Position numbers and translations under genes: made by a program. A stretch of 64,000 nucleotides of DNA, taken from positions 1 through 64,000 of the forward strand of contig LVLI01000278.1 in the NCBI GenBank assembly GCA_001687465.1, in the 5' to 3' direction. The stretch is from Halocafeteria seosinensis. Lineage: Eukaryota. Positions 1 through 11,950 of this stretch are shown in pieces (position 1 is the stretch's first letter; each line of letters opens with the position of its first letter). The notes beneath the pieces were generated by a model. That model was not told the DNA's origin and did no database searches. It worked only from the letters and a program-made list of their open reading frames with translations.

Positions 1-574
1 GGTCACAACTGTTGCGTCGGGAGCAACACTTCATCCTGCCTGCGCTGCTGCAACCGGTCTTGGCGTTGGCGCCGCTGTGGCAGGCTCAGGGTCTTCTCCT
101 GCCAGACTGAGCCTTGTCGGTACCTCTGACATTGTGGGCGCAGGTATGGCTCCTCCCCCGATGCCTCCTGAGCTTAACCAGTGCTGTGTTCCCCCACGGC
201 GCATGTCAGCAAGGCTGCAGGAACAGCGGGCCCGTCGCTGCTTAACACGGGCGCTTACCGCTCCTCGTTAAGAGGATGTGGTCAACTTCCCGGCCGGTGG
301 GCTATCTGTCACATTTGTGTGTGTGTCTTCTCCAGTACAGCCACAAACTATCTTGTTGCCAGGTGCGGTCCGACTCGGGAACCATGCGACCAACTCGTGA
401 CGTTACGTTAGAAGCTTGAACTTTCCTTGAACGTCTATGGTGAGGACGTGATCCAATCTTTTGAGACAAACGCATGCGTATTGTTGACACTAAAATTCTA
501 CGTGACTACCCAAAAGGGGTCCACCACAGTTCTTCTGGATGAACATCGTACATGCTAGCAGCGTTTGAGAAGAG

Positions 575-3070
575 ATGCGCGGGTATTTTGTTTATTGCTG
601 GCTCCTATCCGTGCTTATGGTGGGACGGAACGCGACTGCACTGGAATCCAGAGCCGATAACAAGTATTTCATGTTTGCCCCTTCTCCCAATCCCGGAAGC
701 ATTGACTTGGATCCGGAGCAGACATGTCCTCGGCCAGAATCACGGGCAGTAGAGTTTCATGATAGCTATCTGTATAGTCCCAATTTCGTGGATTACAATT
801 GGGGGCGGGCATTGTCGTTTGCTGTGTGGCTATACACCCCCAACACAGGGTCTATATTTAACACCATACTTGCCGGAAGATCGCGGACAAACACAAGCTT
901 CGAACTATTTTATTTTTCTCCCGATCATACTACCTATGTTCACTCGTTCTACACCTCAGATGAATGTCCCCTGAACGACTTGCCGAGGGAACCCTGGGTA
1001 GATCCAATCCCCAGTCAGTGTGTGGCTGATGTCTCATCGGCACTGGTCGAAAGGGAGTGGCAACACTGGGCTTTTGTTTACGATGACTTTGCAGGGGAGC
1101 AGTTGATTTATCTCCAAGGTGCACGAATGACATCGTCGGGGTCCTCGGGACCGATTCATCCTTCAAATGTTCCTCTGCTACTCGGAGCCACGGGAGGTTG
1201 GTTTGACGGAAAGCAACTACCAGCGGTTCTTTGTGACCCGCGGATCTTCAATCGCGTCCTCACCGACGATGACGTGCATTCGCTATTCGACATCGATAAC
1301 CCGATTCCGCCTACTGTAAATCAGGGCACACTGGCTTGGTATCCTTTTCACGGAAGCTTTCCAGACGTCATAGGATATAACCGAGCTAACGAGCTTTGCA
1401 CAACCCCTGTAGGGTTGAAACAAACGAATCCTTCTTTTGTTTATCGACTTCCGGGAAAGCAATGTACTGAAATTTCTTTGTACGGCTACGGATTCCACGG
1501 AAATGGTACTCTCGTTGTCGAAGACGAGCATCGAGTCGGGGCAATGCTACCTACATCGCAACGGAAAAATTCTTCAAAGGCCACAGCGCAGCAGTGTGTG
1601 TCGCTTCCTTGCGGAGCCAATGCACTTTATTATACCCAAGGAACATGTTCAGTGCCCTCCAAAGCTGTGCTGGTTGTCGCGGGACACGCAATCCTATCTG
1701 TCAAGCCTTCAATATTGTTGAGTTTTGCAAGAGAAAGTGTCTTGGTGACGGGGCGATGCTTTCCAGATCCAACTAACATTACTGGGAATGGATCTGCCTT
1801 AATTCCTGTTTGCTATTGGAGTATTGGCAACTCTGTACCTTTAGAGGTTTCGGGCTTCTACCAAGGCGAGAATAAGGTACTCTGTGCTCCTCCTCCTCTA
1901 GAGGCGAACAAAAGCGATTTGGGGTGGAGACTAAAACTACAACCACTTGGAAAGTCAGTGCCGCTATACACGCAAGATGTGTTCGTCAATGCCTTTCATA
2001 AACCCTCGTTGCTGCACATGCATACGGCTTCCGGAGAGCCCGTAAGACCTGGGGTGGAAGAAACAATCCAGTTCAACGGTGGCCCATTTAATCCTAACGT
2101 GATCGGCTACGTATGCGTCATTGATGGAGCCACGTTCAAAGTAACGGGTATGAACACAAGTAGTGCGCAGTGCGCCGTTCGAGTGACTTCGACAGGTGTT
2201 TTCAATCTCACATTGGAATTCAGGCCGTACCAACTTACAGGACTAGCGCTCACGCTGGATGCGTTTGAGGTCGAAGTGATTCCAGGAATCGTCGATCCTC
2301 ATAGGTCTGTGTTTTTCGGAAATGGACTTTGTGACTCGCAGTTCTCCCGATGTGCCGCTGGTCAAGAGCATCGGTTTTTTGCCCAACTGCTGGACAGTAA
2401 AGGATACCCTGCCAGTTTTTGGCAACATCCCACCTGGTCTTGCCAAAGGATGCCAACTGGCATCCCCTGCAACAAGGAGGTGACAGTTTTTTCAGCAGAA
2501 CACCTGAAAAGCTCTATCGAGGTCACGTATAACTTTTCAATTGCTGGGTGGTATGAGCTGGACGTACGGATTCGTGGAGAAACGATCCAAGGTTCCTCTG
2601 TTAACATCTCCCTCATCGCAGCCTCTCCGACACCAACTAGTAGCCCAACACCGACGTCCACGCAAACGAAATCTGCGACGCGGTTTTCGTTTCCGTCAAA
2701 AAGCAACACCCCAAATCGCACTTCTAGCTACACCTCGCGACCCTCTAGCTCCAGCGGAGCATCTCCTACGAAACACACCTGTGAATCTTGTAACTGCAAG
2801 CTTTGCTGCGCTGATAGGCCAGCCAAAGGAAATGCCAATAGCTCTGATTCAGAGGCAGTGATAGGCTTGGCAGCAACTACCAGTATCCTCGCTTTTGCAT
2901 TTCTGGCCGTTGCGTTTTACCGATTCTGGGGAAGAAGAAACGCCCGTTCTGAACCAGACTATGTAATCAATTATGATTACCATCCTATCAACGGCAGGTA
3001 CTTCCCCGCTATACCGCAACGTGGTTGGGAAGAAGGGTACTCTACCGGTACCAATGTATCCGGTACTTAA
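575..3070 (+). CDS. Type-I membrane protein: signal peptide, LamG/concanavalin-A-like domain, Ig/IPT-like and filamin-type repeats, Ser/Thr stalk, TM helix, Tyr-rich tail
   Basis: Intronless 831-aa ORF with an N-terminal hydrophobic signal. Laminin_G_3-type motifs WQHWAFVYD, IYLQG and RIFNRVLTDDDVHSLF. Filamin-like VDPHRSVFFGNGL...AGQEHRF...VTYNFSIAGWYELDVRIRGETIQGS. PTPT stalk and TM IGLAATTSILAFAFLAVAFY. Confidence 0.8.
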   Translation: MRGYFVYCWLLSVLMVGRNATALESRADNKYFMFAPSPNPGSIDLDPEQTCPRPESRAVEFHDSYLYSPNFVDYNWGRALSFAVWLYTPNTGSIFNTILAGRSRTNTSFELFYFSPDHTTYVHSFYTSDECPLNDLPREPWVDPIPSQCVADVSSALVEREWQHWAFVYDDFAGEQLIYLQGARMTSSGSSGPIHPSNVPLLLGATGGWFDGKQLPAVLCDPRIFNRVLTDDDVHSLFDIDNPIPPTVNQGTLAWYPFHGSFPDVIGYNRANELCTTPVGLKQTNPSFVYRLPGKQCTEISLYGYGFHGNGTLVVEDEHRVGAMLPTSQRKNSSKATAQQCVSLPCGANALYYTQGTCSVPSKAVLVVAGHAILSVKPSILLSFARESVLVTGRCFPDPTNITGNGSALIPVCYWSIGNSVPLEVSGFYQGENKVLCAPPPLEANKSDLGWRLKLQPLGKSVPLYTQDVFVNAFHKPSLLHMHTASGEPVRPGVEETIQFNGGPFNPNVIGYVCVIDGATFKVTGMNTSSAQCAVRVTSTGVFNLTLEFRPYQLTGLALTLDAFEVEVIPGIVDPHRSVFFGNGLCDSQFSRCAAGQEHRFFAQLLDSKGYPASFWQHPTWSCQRMPTGIPCNKEVTVFSAEHLKSSIEVTYNFSIAGWYELDVRIRGETIQGSSVNISLIAASPTPTSSPTPTSTQTKSATRFSFPSKSNTPNRTSSYTSRPSSSSGASPTKHTCESCNCKLCCADRPAKGNANSSDSEAVIGLAATTSILAFAFLAVAFYRFWGRRNARSEPDYVINYDYHPINGRYFPAIPQRGWEEGYSTGTNVSGT

Positions 3071-3772
3071 TCCTGGAGGCCCACCGTATGGCTAAGCAAC
3101 TGTTGGCGCCCGCTCATTCGCTTTCCTTTGTATTGCCGACAATTGAAACCTTCGAGAGAAAGAGAGAATCATAACACCATGAGTGATCTCAGTACCAATG
3201 CCGCTGAATACAACACTCTGCAGCTTGCACTACTAGTAACCACACAGTCATAAATACATCGTCTTGTACAACCTTAGCCAGGAACAGACATATTCTATTC
3301 GCCTGTGTGTATCATCCGCGAAACTCATGAACTTTAGCAATCCAATTGAATTCCAGAACGGAGGCGAATTGAGTATTCAAACCTGTGGCAGATAGCATAC
3401 ACAGTGTCTTTTATTCAATATGATCAGTCAATACGTGACCGCTTGATCATACGTATCCAAATCAGTTTGTTCTTTGACTACTGTATGTCGATCCCATCTT
3501 TGAAATCGACCACAGATGGATTGTCGACATTTCAACAATAATTTTGCCAGTATGCAGCATATCGAGCCGTAAGGTACCCTTCCTTCTTCTGGTCTCCCTT
3601 ATCGACTCATCACTGCTTTATAGTAAACACAGCAGGCAAGTGTCCCTTGATGATGACCCAACCGCTCCAGGAGGGGTCCCATTACGTACATCGTATACAA
3701 CTGTCGAATTGTCACGATTTCGTACATTTTATGCAGCTAACATTGATACTTCTTTTTTGGGTGGAGAAGACA

Positions 3773-4429
3773 ATGAGCGAGCAACGAAAGCCTCACGATG
3801 ATGAAAGACAGGACGAGGAGCCTACCGCGGGTTCATTCAGTGCTGCTAGCAGCACACAGTCTCATAGTTTGTCCCAGGAGAGACGAGAACTCCACCAGGC
3901 TCTCAAAGTACGTCCGATACTGTCCTGTGGAGACTGAATTGGTGTTAATCTTGCTTGTGTCGTACAGGAGATAGACCCGGAGCTATCCATTGACGAAAGT
4001 GTAGAAGATGTAAGTGTATAATGGCCTCCGTTATTCCTATATAACCTGGGAATCAACCTCTATATCCTCTATATGTGCCCCCTGCAGTTTGTCATAAGAC
4101 TGGTGAATAAGTTTTCAGAAGACATTCTGGAAGGGGCAAGCAGGATTCGGCAGCTAGCAAAGAATACGACCCCTGCCATAGAGGGAGAGGATGATTCATC
4201 GCGCGTGTCTAGAGAGGATATTTACGTTTACTTGGCCAGTGTCTGGCCTCAATTACTGCCCCCAGATTCCTCGTATATGGAATTGGCCAATACGCACCCA
4301 CGTTGGAATCCGTCAACCGATCCTGTTGCCGCCCGTAAGGAAAAAGATCTAGCAAACTTAGCGAGAACCGCTAGCAGTCGATTTGAGCAGTCGAGGAGAA
4401 GTACAGATGCTAGTGGGCAAGCAAGTTAA
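3773..4429 (+). CDS. TAF12: TFIID subunit TAF12-like histone-fold protein (3 exons)
   Basis: Introns 3908-3967 (gtacgt..cag) and 4010-4087 (gtaagt..cag) give LHQALKEIDPELSIDESVEDFVIRLVNKFSEDILEGASR...VSREDIYVYLASVW, matching the TAF12 histone-fold pattern (EIDP..LD..VE..L...F). Confidence 0.7.
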
Positions 4430-4581
4430 GTGGGTGCAGTGGCTGGGTGTATATTGTCTTATGGGAACCATTGCATTGGCAGTGAAGAAACACGGTACAT
4501 CATCAGGTGTTGCTACACCATACGTCCACTCTAGGGTAGATAAGCTACTGGCATGTCCATTGCAAAGCAAAAGCAAAGAGT

Positions 4582-6315
4582 TCAGCCTGTCAATACTTCT
4601 TCAATAAGTGTCGCCAGATCAGGATGTTCCTCAAAGTGGTGACCAAGTTTCTTGCCCCACTGATGAACTTTCGCCACATTGGCGTTCATCTTCTTAGCTG
4701 CAACTGTAAGCGTGATGGCACAAGAAGCTAACCCTGTAGTACAATGCACAAGAACAGGTTTAGGCGCTTCCTCTACCGCGGCAATAGCCTCTTTTCCCCA
4801 TTCTAGAGTCCAACTGATATCCAACGGATCGCGGCCACCTAAGTCATCGCTCTGCAGAGTCCATACATTTGTTCCATCAGAAACCGCAGTCATGTGGCTC
4901 GTTGCCTCGCTTGGAAGATATTGACGGCTTTTCAAATTCGGGGAATTCAATGAATGGTGACCGGAAGGTCGTGGGGAATTCTGACTGTAGCCTTCCTCGA
5001 AGGACATTGATGCCGTCGCATTAATGTTGTCTTGATCGTCCTCGTCATCCTGGGGCGTAGATTCCCCTCTAGCAACTGACAGACTATCCTCTGGTCCGAT
5101 TGGTTTTTCCTCTTGGTCCCCGAGTTCTCCAGAAGGTAGTCTGTCAACGGGACTCGGATGCTCATGAACATCTGTTCCCTGTTGGTGTCGGGAGACATCA
5201 AGTCGAAGCGCATCTTCCCTTTCAAGCGATGGTATATTGGAATGCTGCGCGTGTAATGTAGGCGAATTTGTGGTGCTCGGAGTCATTCCCCGTCGACACG
5301 AGCCCAAACACCAGCTGCCAGCCGGCAAAAAATCAGACTGAGCGTCTCCATCGGACCTAGAGCGGTCATCGCACCAATTGACACGAGCACTTGGACTACA
5401 GCATGTTGTATAACGGCCTTCACTTTGATTCCGATTTACCGTTGTAGAGCTAGAGTTCAATGTATGGGATACTTTTGTTGCCTCTACTATTGTGTAGCGA
5501 ACAGCGCCTGTATCAGTGACTTGCGCCTGTGGAGGATCAACAACACTCAGAGCTCCACCTGCGGAGGCTTCATCTTGAGTATTGGAATGGGTGTTAGATG
5601 CATCCGGTGTACTAGAATTTTCGTCGTTTGGAGAACTGGTTTTCCTCGGGTCGGAGTGAGTCGATGATTCCATACTGCTCCGCGATTGTGGGCCATTGCC
5701 GCTGTGCCAATCACCATTTCCGTTTGCCTTGACGGAAGGGGCAAGGTCTACTTCCACATGTGAAATCGGTAATTTCGGCGCAGCAGGAGGACAGACGTGC
5801 TTGTATTCTAATCCGGAAGCAATGACTACGGTCTTCTCGGTGGATAATGTACCCTTTTCATCGGGGTGTGATAGGTTAACCACCGACTGAATTCCAAAGG
5901 GACCAAGTTGGGAAAGTTGAGAGGCTGTCGGCTGAGACGAAAACACGAGTTCTTCATCCAATTTGACAATTTTCGCTTCCGGAGGAGGTGGAAATTCGGC
6001 ATGAGGAGTTTGCGCTAAACGAAGCAATCGCCTCGAGAGTTCTCCACATTTCTGAAACACTTGTGTCGTTTGTACGCTTCCCATGTGTTCATCGTTGAAA
6101 AACACTTGCGGTACCGTATGGGATTTCGACAGTCTCACACATTGGGCCGACCTCGCTGGATCCTGACTGACGTCAAACGTCAAAATCTCGATTCCATAAT
6201 TGTTAGGAAGTTCGTCCAGTTGAGGTTGAATGCATTCAATGGCTCCCAGGAGAATCTGTTTGATTTTATCACAATATTGACACTTTGTTTTCACAAACAA
6301 AGTGATTCGACCCAT
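4582..6315 (-). CDS. Glutaredoxin (CQYC) fused to a split DUF442/BLH-type phosphatase-fold (sulfurtransferase-like) domain
   Basis: Likely start at MGRITLFVKTKCQYC (6315) within the 699-aa ORF. Grx motif TVPQVFFNDEHMG. DUF442-like N-half VKLDEELVFSSQPT...GIQSVVNL...GLEYKHV and C-half EAPKPVLVHCTTG. Confidence 0.75.
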   Translation of the reverse strand: MGRITLFVKTKCQYCDKIKQILLGAIECIQPQLDELPNNYGIEILTFDVSQDPARSAQCVRLSKSHTVPQVFFNDEHMGSVQTTQVFQKCGELSRRLLRLAQTPHAEFPPPPEAKIVKLDEELVFSSQPTASQLSQLGPFGIQSVVNLSHPDEKGTLSTEKTVVIASGLEYKHVCPPAAPKLPISHVEVDLAPSVKANGNGDWHSGNGPQSRSSMESSTHSDPRKTSSPNDENSSTPDASNTHSNTQDEASAGGALSVVDPPQAQVTDTGAVRYTIVEATKVSHTLNSSSTTVNRNQSEGRYTTCCSPSARVNWCDDRSRSDGDAQSDFLPAGSWCLGSCRRGMTPSTTNSPTLHAQHSNIPSLEREDALRLDVSRHQQGTDVHEHPSPVDRLPSGELGDQEEKPIGPEDSLSVARGESTPQDDEDDQDNINATASMSFEEGYSQNSPRPSGHHSLNSPNLKSRQYLPSEATSHMTAVSDGTNVWTLQSDDLGGRDPLDISWTLEWGKEAIAAVEEAPKPVLVHCTTGLASCAITLTVAAKKMNANVAKVHQWGKKLGHHFEEHPDLATLIEEVLTG

Positions 6316-6711
6316 TATTCCTTTGACTGTTTCCCTGCTGATGAAACCATAAATATGAACAACAATCCAATATAGTGTAATACTTGTCGTACAGCAAGGA
6401 AGCTGTTGTGAAGGTGGGGAGGAATTGGACCTGGATCTACGTACGCCACGTTGGCTGGGTAACCATGACAACAAAATACAAAAATGGTGAAGCCAATGGT
6501 ATATTTTGTATTCGATGTTTCTGAGCCTGCGTATGCCAAAACAGAAGGTGAATTTGCTATACAGACACTGTTTGTTATATCCACAGGATAGGCGTCTCGT
6601 TGATGGTGCGGCTAACCTCTCCCGTTGCACGATGTATGTGCTGTCCCCGCTAGCGTTAAGGTTTGCTGGTAACGCATCCAAGAGCCTATCTGATTGAAGT
6701 AGTACGATTAT

Positions 6712-9700
6712 TTATCCTCTCCCCACAGATGACAAAGCTCGAAGCCCCTCCTGTACTGCACTCTGCAGATCCTCCACATAACCAGTCACGCTCCATAATT
6801 CCTCAAGTTGGTGTTTCGAATCTGCAAGAATACTAGCACTATTGCTGCTGGGAATTCTATTTACCTTCTGCTCCAAGTGCTTAGCAGCGTAGACGATCCA
6901 CAACAGAAAAAGCACTGCACTTTGTGGGTCGTTCGGGATAGAATCGGCGCCACAAGACACCTGCTGTAACAAACAGATGAGTGAGATATCGCCCAGTTGC
7001 TCGCACACTATATCTGCAGCATCTTGTTCCTGTCTTGAAAGATGTTTCTGCCGGGGAAACATAGCACAAAGCCATAGTGGAATAGTCTCATCCTCTTTAT
7101 CCAGTGCTTCACTAAAGGCAGCATCATATAATGCCGAATTGAATGCCGACCGTTGCATATTTCCCTTCAAGCGGCGACTCACTTCTTGGTTGGTCGGCTC
7201 ACTGATCTCAACAGTGCAATCTTGAGTGCGCAAAGGCAAGGATGTACCACTAGAGGTAGTCGAAGGCACTAATGGTCGGGAAGCCGCGGTTGGGGCATTT
7301 GCATTTCCCGAAGATGTACGTTCTGGCTGTGAGGCTCTATCGTTGTCGATCCCCGAGTGAGAACTACTCTGTTGTAACAGAGTTTCGACAGTACTCTTAA
7401 GCGACTTAACTTCACCGGCAAGTTCACTTTCTAGATGGCCATGCATGGATCGAGAGGCTTCTTGAGCTTCGGCATGCAGAGCCGCTTGCATTTCAGCAAT
7501 CATCTTCTGCGTAGCTGACTCGAGTCCGGGTAGTAGTGTGTTACTAAAGGCTTGTTCGAAAGTAGAGCTAACGATGGGAGAAACTTCCGCAGCAACCTGT
7601 TGAGCAAGGGAATCAGCTAGCTGTTCTGTAATTGGAGCAAGAGAGTTCATGACCTTTTGGTGTAGCTGTGGAAGCAATTTCTCGTTCAAATGTTCCACAA
7701 TCTCGTTCACTTGTTCGTCCTTGATGGCCGTCACACCCTCTACAGCGGGCACTAAGGAAGTGCGCGTTTCCTCTTGGAGAGCTTTCCGTACCGCACTCGA
7801 AGTTGTAGAACTAAGGTCTTTCGTCAATTGGGCCATGACGCTCTGATCGTTAGGTCCGCCGCTCCTGGTAAATGCTGCTTTGATTGAAGACGAAACTGCT
7901 TGCTCAGTTTTCTGGACTAGGGTGGACTCAATGTCCTGGATGCTCTCAGCACTGGCATTGCTTTTTGACTTTTGCCTATCACCGGTACTCTGCATCGTGG
8001 ATGGTGCTTGCTTCCCCTTGGGTTTCCTTGGCTCTTCTGAGGGTTCTTCAGGCAACGTATTCAGCGTGTCTCCGACTTCAGGCCGTGGTTGTTTCGAGTT
8101 TAATATTTTCATACTTCCTACTTTACCACCACTGCTTGCATTCGCCGTTCGGTTACTTGATGCACTATCTGACTTTGACGCAGAAGCGTTGGAGTAGTCA
8201 ACTACACGCCAATATATACCTGCGGGACGACATTTCCGATAGTGACATTCAATGGCATTGATCGACGTCCTTAAGACGGCGTATAGTGGTAAAATCTCCT
8301 CATCCCTCTGTCGTTTCGGCGTACTGTCAAGCGTAAGGGCTACGCACGGTTCCGATATCCGAAAGCAACACGCATATGTAAATACTGGAGCAGCTCCCTC
8401 TTTCTGATCGATTGTGAGGGCGATCATAAAGGGCCGATGCTCCGCTGCGAGGAACAATATCCCACTTTCATTCTCTAAGATTGGATGGTAACGAACATTT
8501 TCCTCGAATTCGTTGATACCCGGTAAATGCAGTCGCATCGTGGCAGTGTCATTGAGTGATATTGGGCGCTTCTGCTTTAGGTTTACCTCCCCGGCAAAGT
8601 TCAGCCACATTGTTGCATTGTATCCCCCGATACAGAGAACGAACGCATCATTTGCAAGAGGTTGTAACATCACATGCTCTACCCGCGACACATGCATGGC
8701 TTCTCCTTTGTGAGAAAATAAAGATTTACTCAGAGTTACTCTTCGGATTGATTCGTCTCGAATATATACCTCGCTCTTCGGGGAGATTGTTAGTAAGCCA
8801 ACAATCACGTGTTGAGGCGTCTCAGCTCCAGAAAACTGGCTGCAACCGATCGCAACGAGTGACGATTTTGTTCCGTACTTTGTAGGACACACGTAAAGCG
8901 AGGATGGCAACACAGTGCTATCAGGTTCCGGGCTCCACAACAGCGTTATGCATTTCTTCTCTCGATGTTCCGCCAGATCGATTATTCCCCCGACTCCTTC
9001 TTCGTGTTCTGCCACGTTAACATCAACGGCGAACAGTCCTTTCGCGGTTAGTAAAAGAAGGACACGCCCGGAGTCAGCAATGGATGGCGGTGCCCACGAT
9101 ACCCTAAAGCAGTCTAGATGGTGCTTTGTTGAGTCATTCGAATTTCTAGCTTGCGCAGTAACTCGGGGGGCTAGGAGAGTCAAAAGGTGAGTATTGTACA
9201 TCACATTTGAGTTTGACCCGGACACCGGACTCGCCCGAAGACCGTGGATACACGCTTGTCCTCTTGTATCGATCGATGCTAGAAGAGTATCTGAAACTGA
9301 TCCGCATGGACATAGTTCCATATCCAGTACATCATGAGTATGCCCCTTCAAATACGCTTTTGCTTTTGTGTTTTGATCAATCACTCGGATATAATTCCGT
9401 TTCACGGGATAGCACCGAAAGCACGACGAAGCTGCCAATAGCCTGTAGGACTTCCGTGGGCGCTCAGTCTCGTATGAAACCAACGGCTCAGAATGAAGGC
9501 GAGGAAGAGAAGGCCAATCCGTATCGGAGGATTTTGCCGAATCTGAGCTTGGAAGGCTAGGAAGGGACCAGAGTGGCACCTTCATGCCTTCATAGGGGAT
9601 CTTTTTCATCTTCGTTGCCTGGGGTGCCTGGATCCCCTGATAGACGGGTCTGCGTGTTACAAGCGCAGGTATCTAGTATGGCTTTTAAGAAAGTGAGAGA

Positions 9701-10357
9701 AAAACATGCTACTCTTGTAACTTACCCATCTCTACTTCTGTTGGTAGAAGCATCTGAACCCCCATAGTTCTCATTCCACGTCGCCGCTGTTGGTTCGCAT
9801 TCCTCGTGATCGACTTGTGGTTGCGGGCCAACGTTGCGCGAAGAAGTTTCGGTCGTACCACTGATGGCTCCGGACCGAGTTTTGATGGCAAACTTCGCTC
9901 CCTGCATCGACGTCCCGGTGGGTTGCGTCGTCTGGGCCATGGCCGAGGGAGAGGCTGTCGATCGAGATTCATTTTGCGCCGAAGAGGACAGAGCACGGAG
10001 GGAAGCTGGGGTCACAGGTTTGCTTTTTTCGTGCTTGGGAGACCCTCTTTGCGTGTTATCGGGTACATTAAGCTGAGCTAATGGAGCATGAGCAGCCCCC
10101 TGTCCAGGGGCTTCCGGGGGCGTTTGGCTGCTGCTATAGGCGTATAGAGGCGCCGTCGGAGCCTTATTGTACTGCGTCGTGTTCGTATAGCTAGTATCCG
10201 GCATCGTAGAGGTCTGCATACGAGCAGAAGAGGAGGAAAGGGCTCGTGTAGGAGAGGCGTAATTCCGAAGAAGTTGCTCTTGTTCAGGGCGTGCTGGCCC
10301 CTGTCCAGAGGCATTACGCCTCGCTTGCTGCATTAATTGCTCCAGAGAAGACGCCAT
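6712..10357 (-). CDS. EDC4: Enhancer of mRNA decapping 4 (Ge-1/Varicose), 2 exons
   Basis: An in-frame intron at 9650-9725 joins ORFs 9722-10357 and 6712-9609. Ge1-type WD40 IRVIDQNTKAKAYLKGHTHDVLDM, Ser-rich linker, helical region FEQAFSNTLLPGLESATQKM, C-terminal AFSEAL...LWLC...LICLLQQVS. Confidence 0.8.
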
Positions 10358-10603
10358 TATGGTGTAGGCAGTGTCTCTTATTAATTCATCTAGAAGGAAA
10401 AGAGAATTTCGATAGAGCGTATCCTATGTATCTATCCCCTCAGTGTCTCTTATTCTACCATTGTATGTCCCCATTGGGAGCCTCTATACGCTCCACACCT
10501 CTACGATAATAAGCCTATTATAGCATAGTGTCGATAGTATTGTCCCATGAGACGTATATGTGTAGAGCTGTAGAGGATTGGAGTCTTGTATTCTCCTCAG
10601 AGA

Positions 10604-11765
10604 ATGGCAGAATTCCAAATCGTGAATACGAACGCATCGAGCATTGCTGTCGATAAGAAGCATACCTTATCGGAAGGGCTCATATGGGATCACCATACTC
10701 AGACGCTGATGTTCGTTGATATTGACCAAGGACATGTTTTTGAGGCGCTTCAGGGTAAGTGAATTCCTTTTCCTGAATTCCTGGAACTGAAGTTGTACAA
10801 GTTTCATGTGAGCTTCCTCAGATACGGATAAGAAGGAGCTTCAGGTACAGAAGCAATGGAGCATGGGTGAAAAAGTTGGGACGGTAGTTCCCGTCGAAGG
10901 ACCGAGCGCCGACAATAATAGAGCTGTCGTGGCTTTGGAAAGTGGAATTCATTTCCTGAAACATGATGGAACGCTTGAATTCTTATGCGATGATCCCCAC
11001 CGCGATAAGACATTCACGCGGTTTAATGACGGTACGCGGGAGTTCTTCAACTTGGTTTCCTGCTCTGGGTAACTCCATTTCACTTTTCAATGAACAGGTA
11101 AATGTGATCCTCGAGGACGTCTTGTGGTTGGTTCAATGGACAGGAACGCTAAGCAACCTCTCGGAAAACTTTATGTAATGGAACGCGAGGCGAAAGGGAA
11201 TTACCAGTTAAGGTGTCTACTTTCAGATGTAACGATATCCAACGGCCTGTGTTGGACGGAAGATGGCAAGACAATGTATTACCTAGATACGGGGTGCCCC
11301 CGAAGCATTTGGGCGTTTGACTACGATCTGGATACTCCGACTCTAACCAATCGACGGCAAGTGGTTGAATTTCCCGAAAAGGATCCTGGAACAGGTGAAG
11401 AGTTTACAGGAGCTGTTGACGGTTGTACGATAGATAAGGAAGGCTTTGTTTGGACCGCTCACTTTGGTGGCAGTAAAGTGGTAAGTGCCCACTGAGTTGT
11501 GAGAATAAGGGAAACTGATGGTTCAGTCCTCCACCGACTGAAGCAGACATGTACCGATCCTCGAACCGGAAAGTTCTTAAAAATATTGCGCGTACCTACG
11601 ACATATGTCACATCGGTTGCCTTCGCGGGTAGCCAACTACAAGACCTTTATGTCTCGACTGCAAGCAGATCAGAATCTTCTGTGGATGCTGATGGCAAGG
11701 AAGGAAGAGTGTATGTATACAAGAGTGCTGGGGAAGGCGCGAATGCTAATATGTTCCGAGAATAG
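10604..11765 (+). CDS. Regucalcin / SMP-30 / gluconolactonase family protein (multi-exon)
   Basis: Motifs LSEGLIWD..TQTLMFVDI, RFNDG|KCDPRGRLVVGSM, ISNGLCWTEDGKTMYYLDT, DGCTIDKEGFVW and TSVAFAGSQLQDLYVSTA, separated by GT-AG introns. Confidence 0.9.
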
Positions 11766-11950
11766 ATGTGCCAGAGAGCAGCGGAGTTGTTTCCGCTTGA
11801 TACTCTGTCTGCAAGGTACGCAGCGTGCTTCCCAACAACAGTAGCACAGCACTTCAAGTGCATATATTCCAGAAACACAAGCAAAAGAGCATTGACTCTT
11901 GCTGATCCCAATATATCTAACCTATCCCAGCAATAAGGCGTTTAGGTTAG

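Noticed and set aside
1..490. Short ORFs and a possible minus-strand intron at the window start
   Set aside because: No consistent gene model or recognisable product.
3487..3530. Imperfect inverted repeat (TGTCGA..CCATCT / AGATGG..TCGACA) upstream of the TAF12-like gene
   Set aside because: Short, interrupted and single-copy, so compatible with chance.
6316..6681. 122-aa N-terminal extension of the glutaredoxin ORF
   Set aside because: It begins 30 bp after the EDC4 stop and does not look like a domain. The Met at 6315 coincides with the start of the Grx fold.
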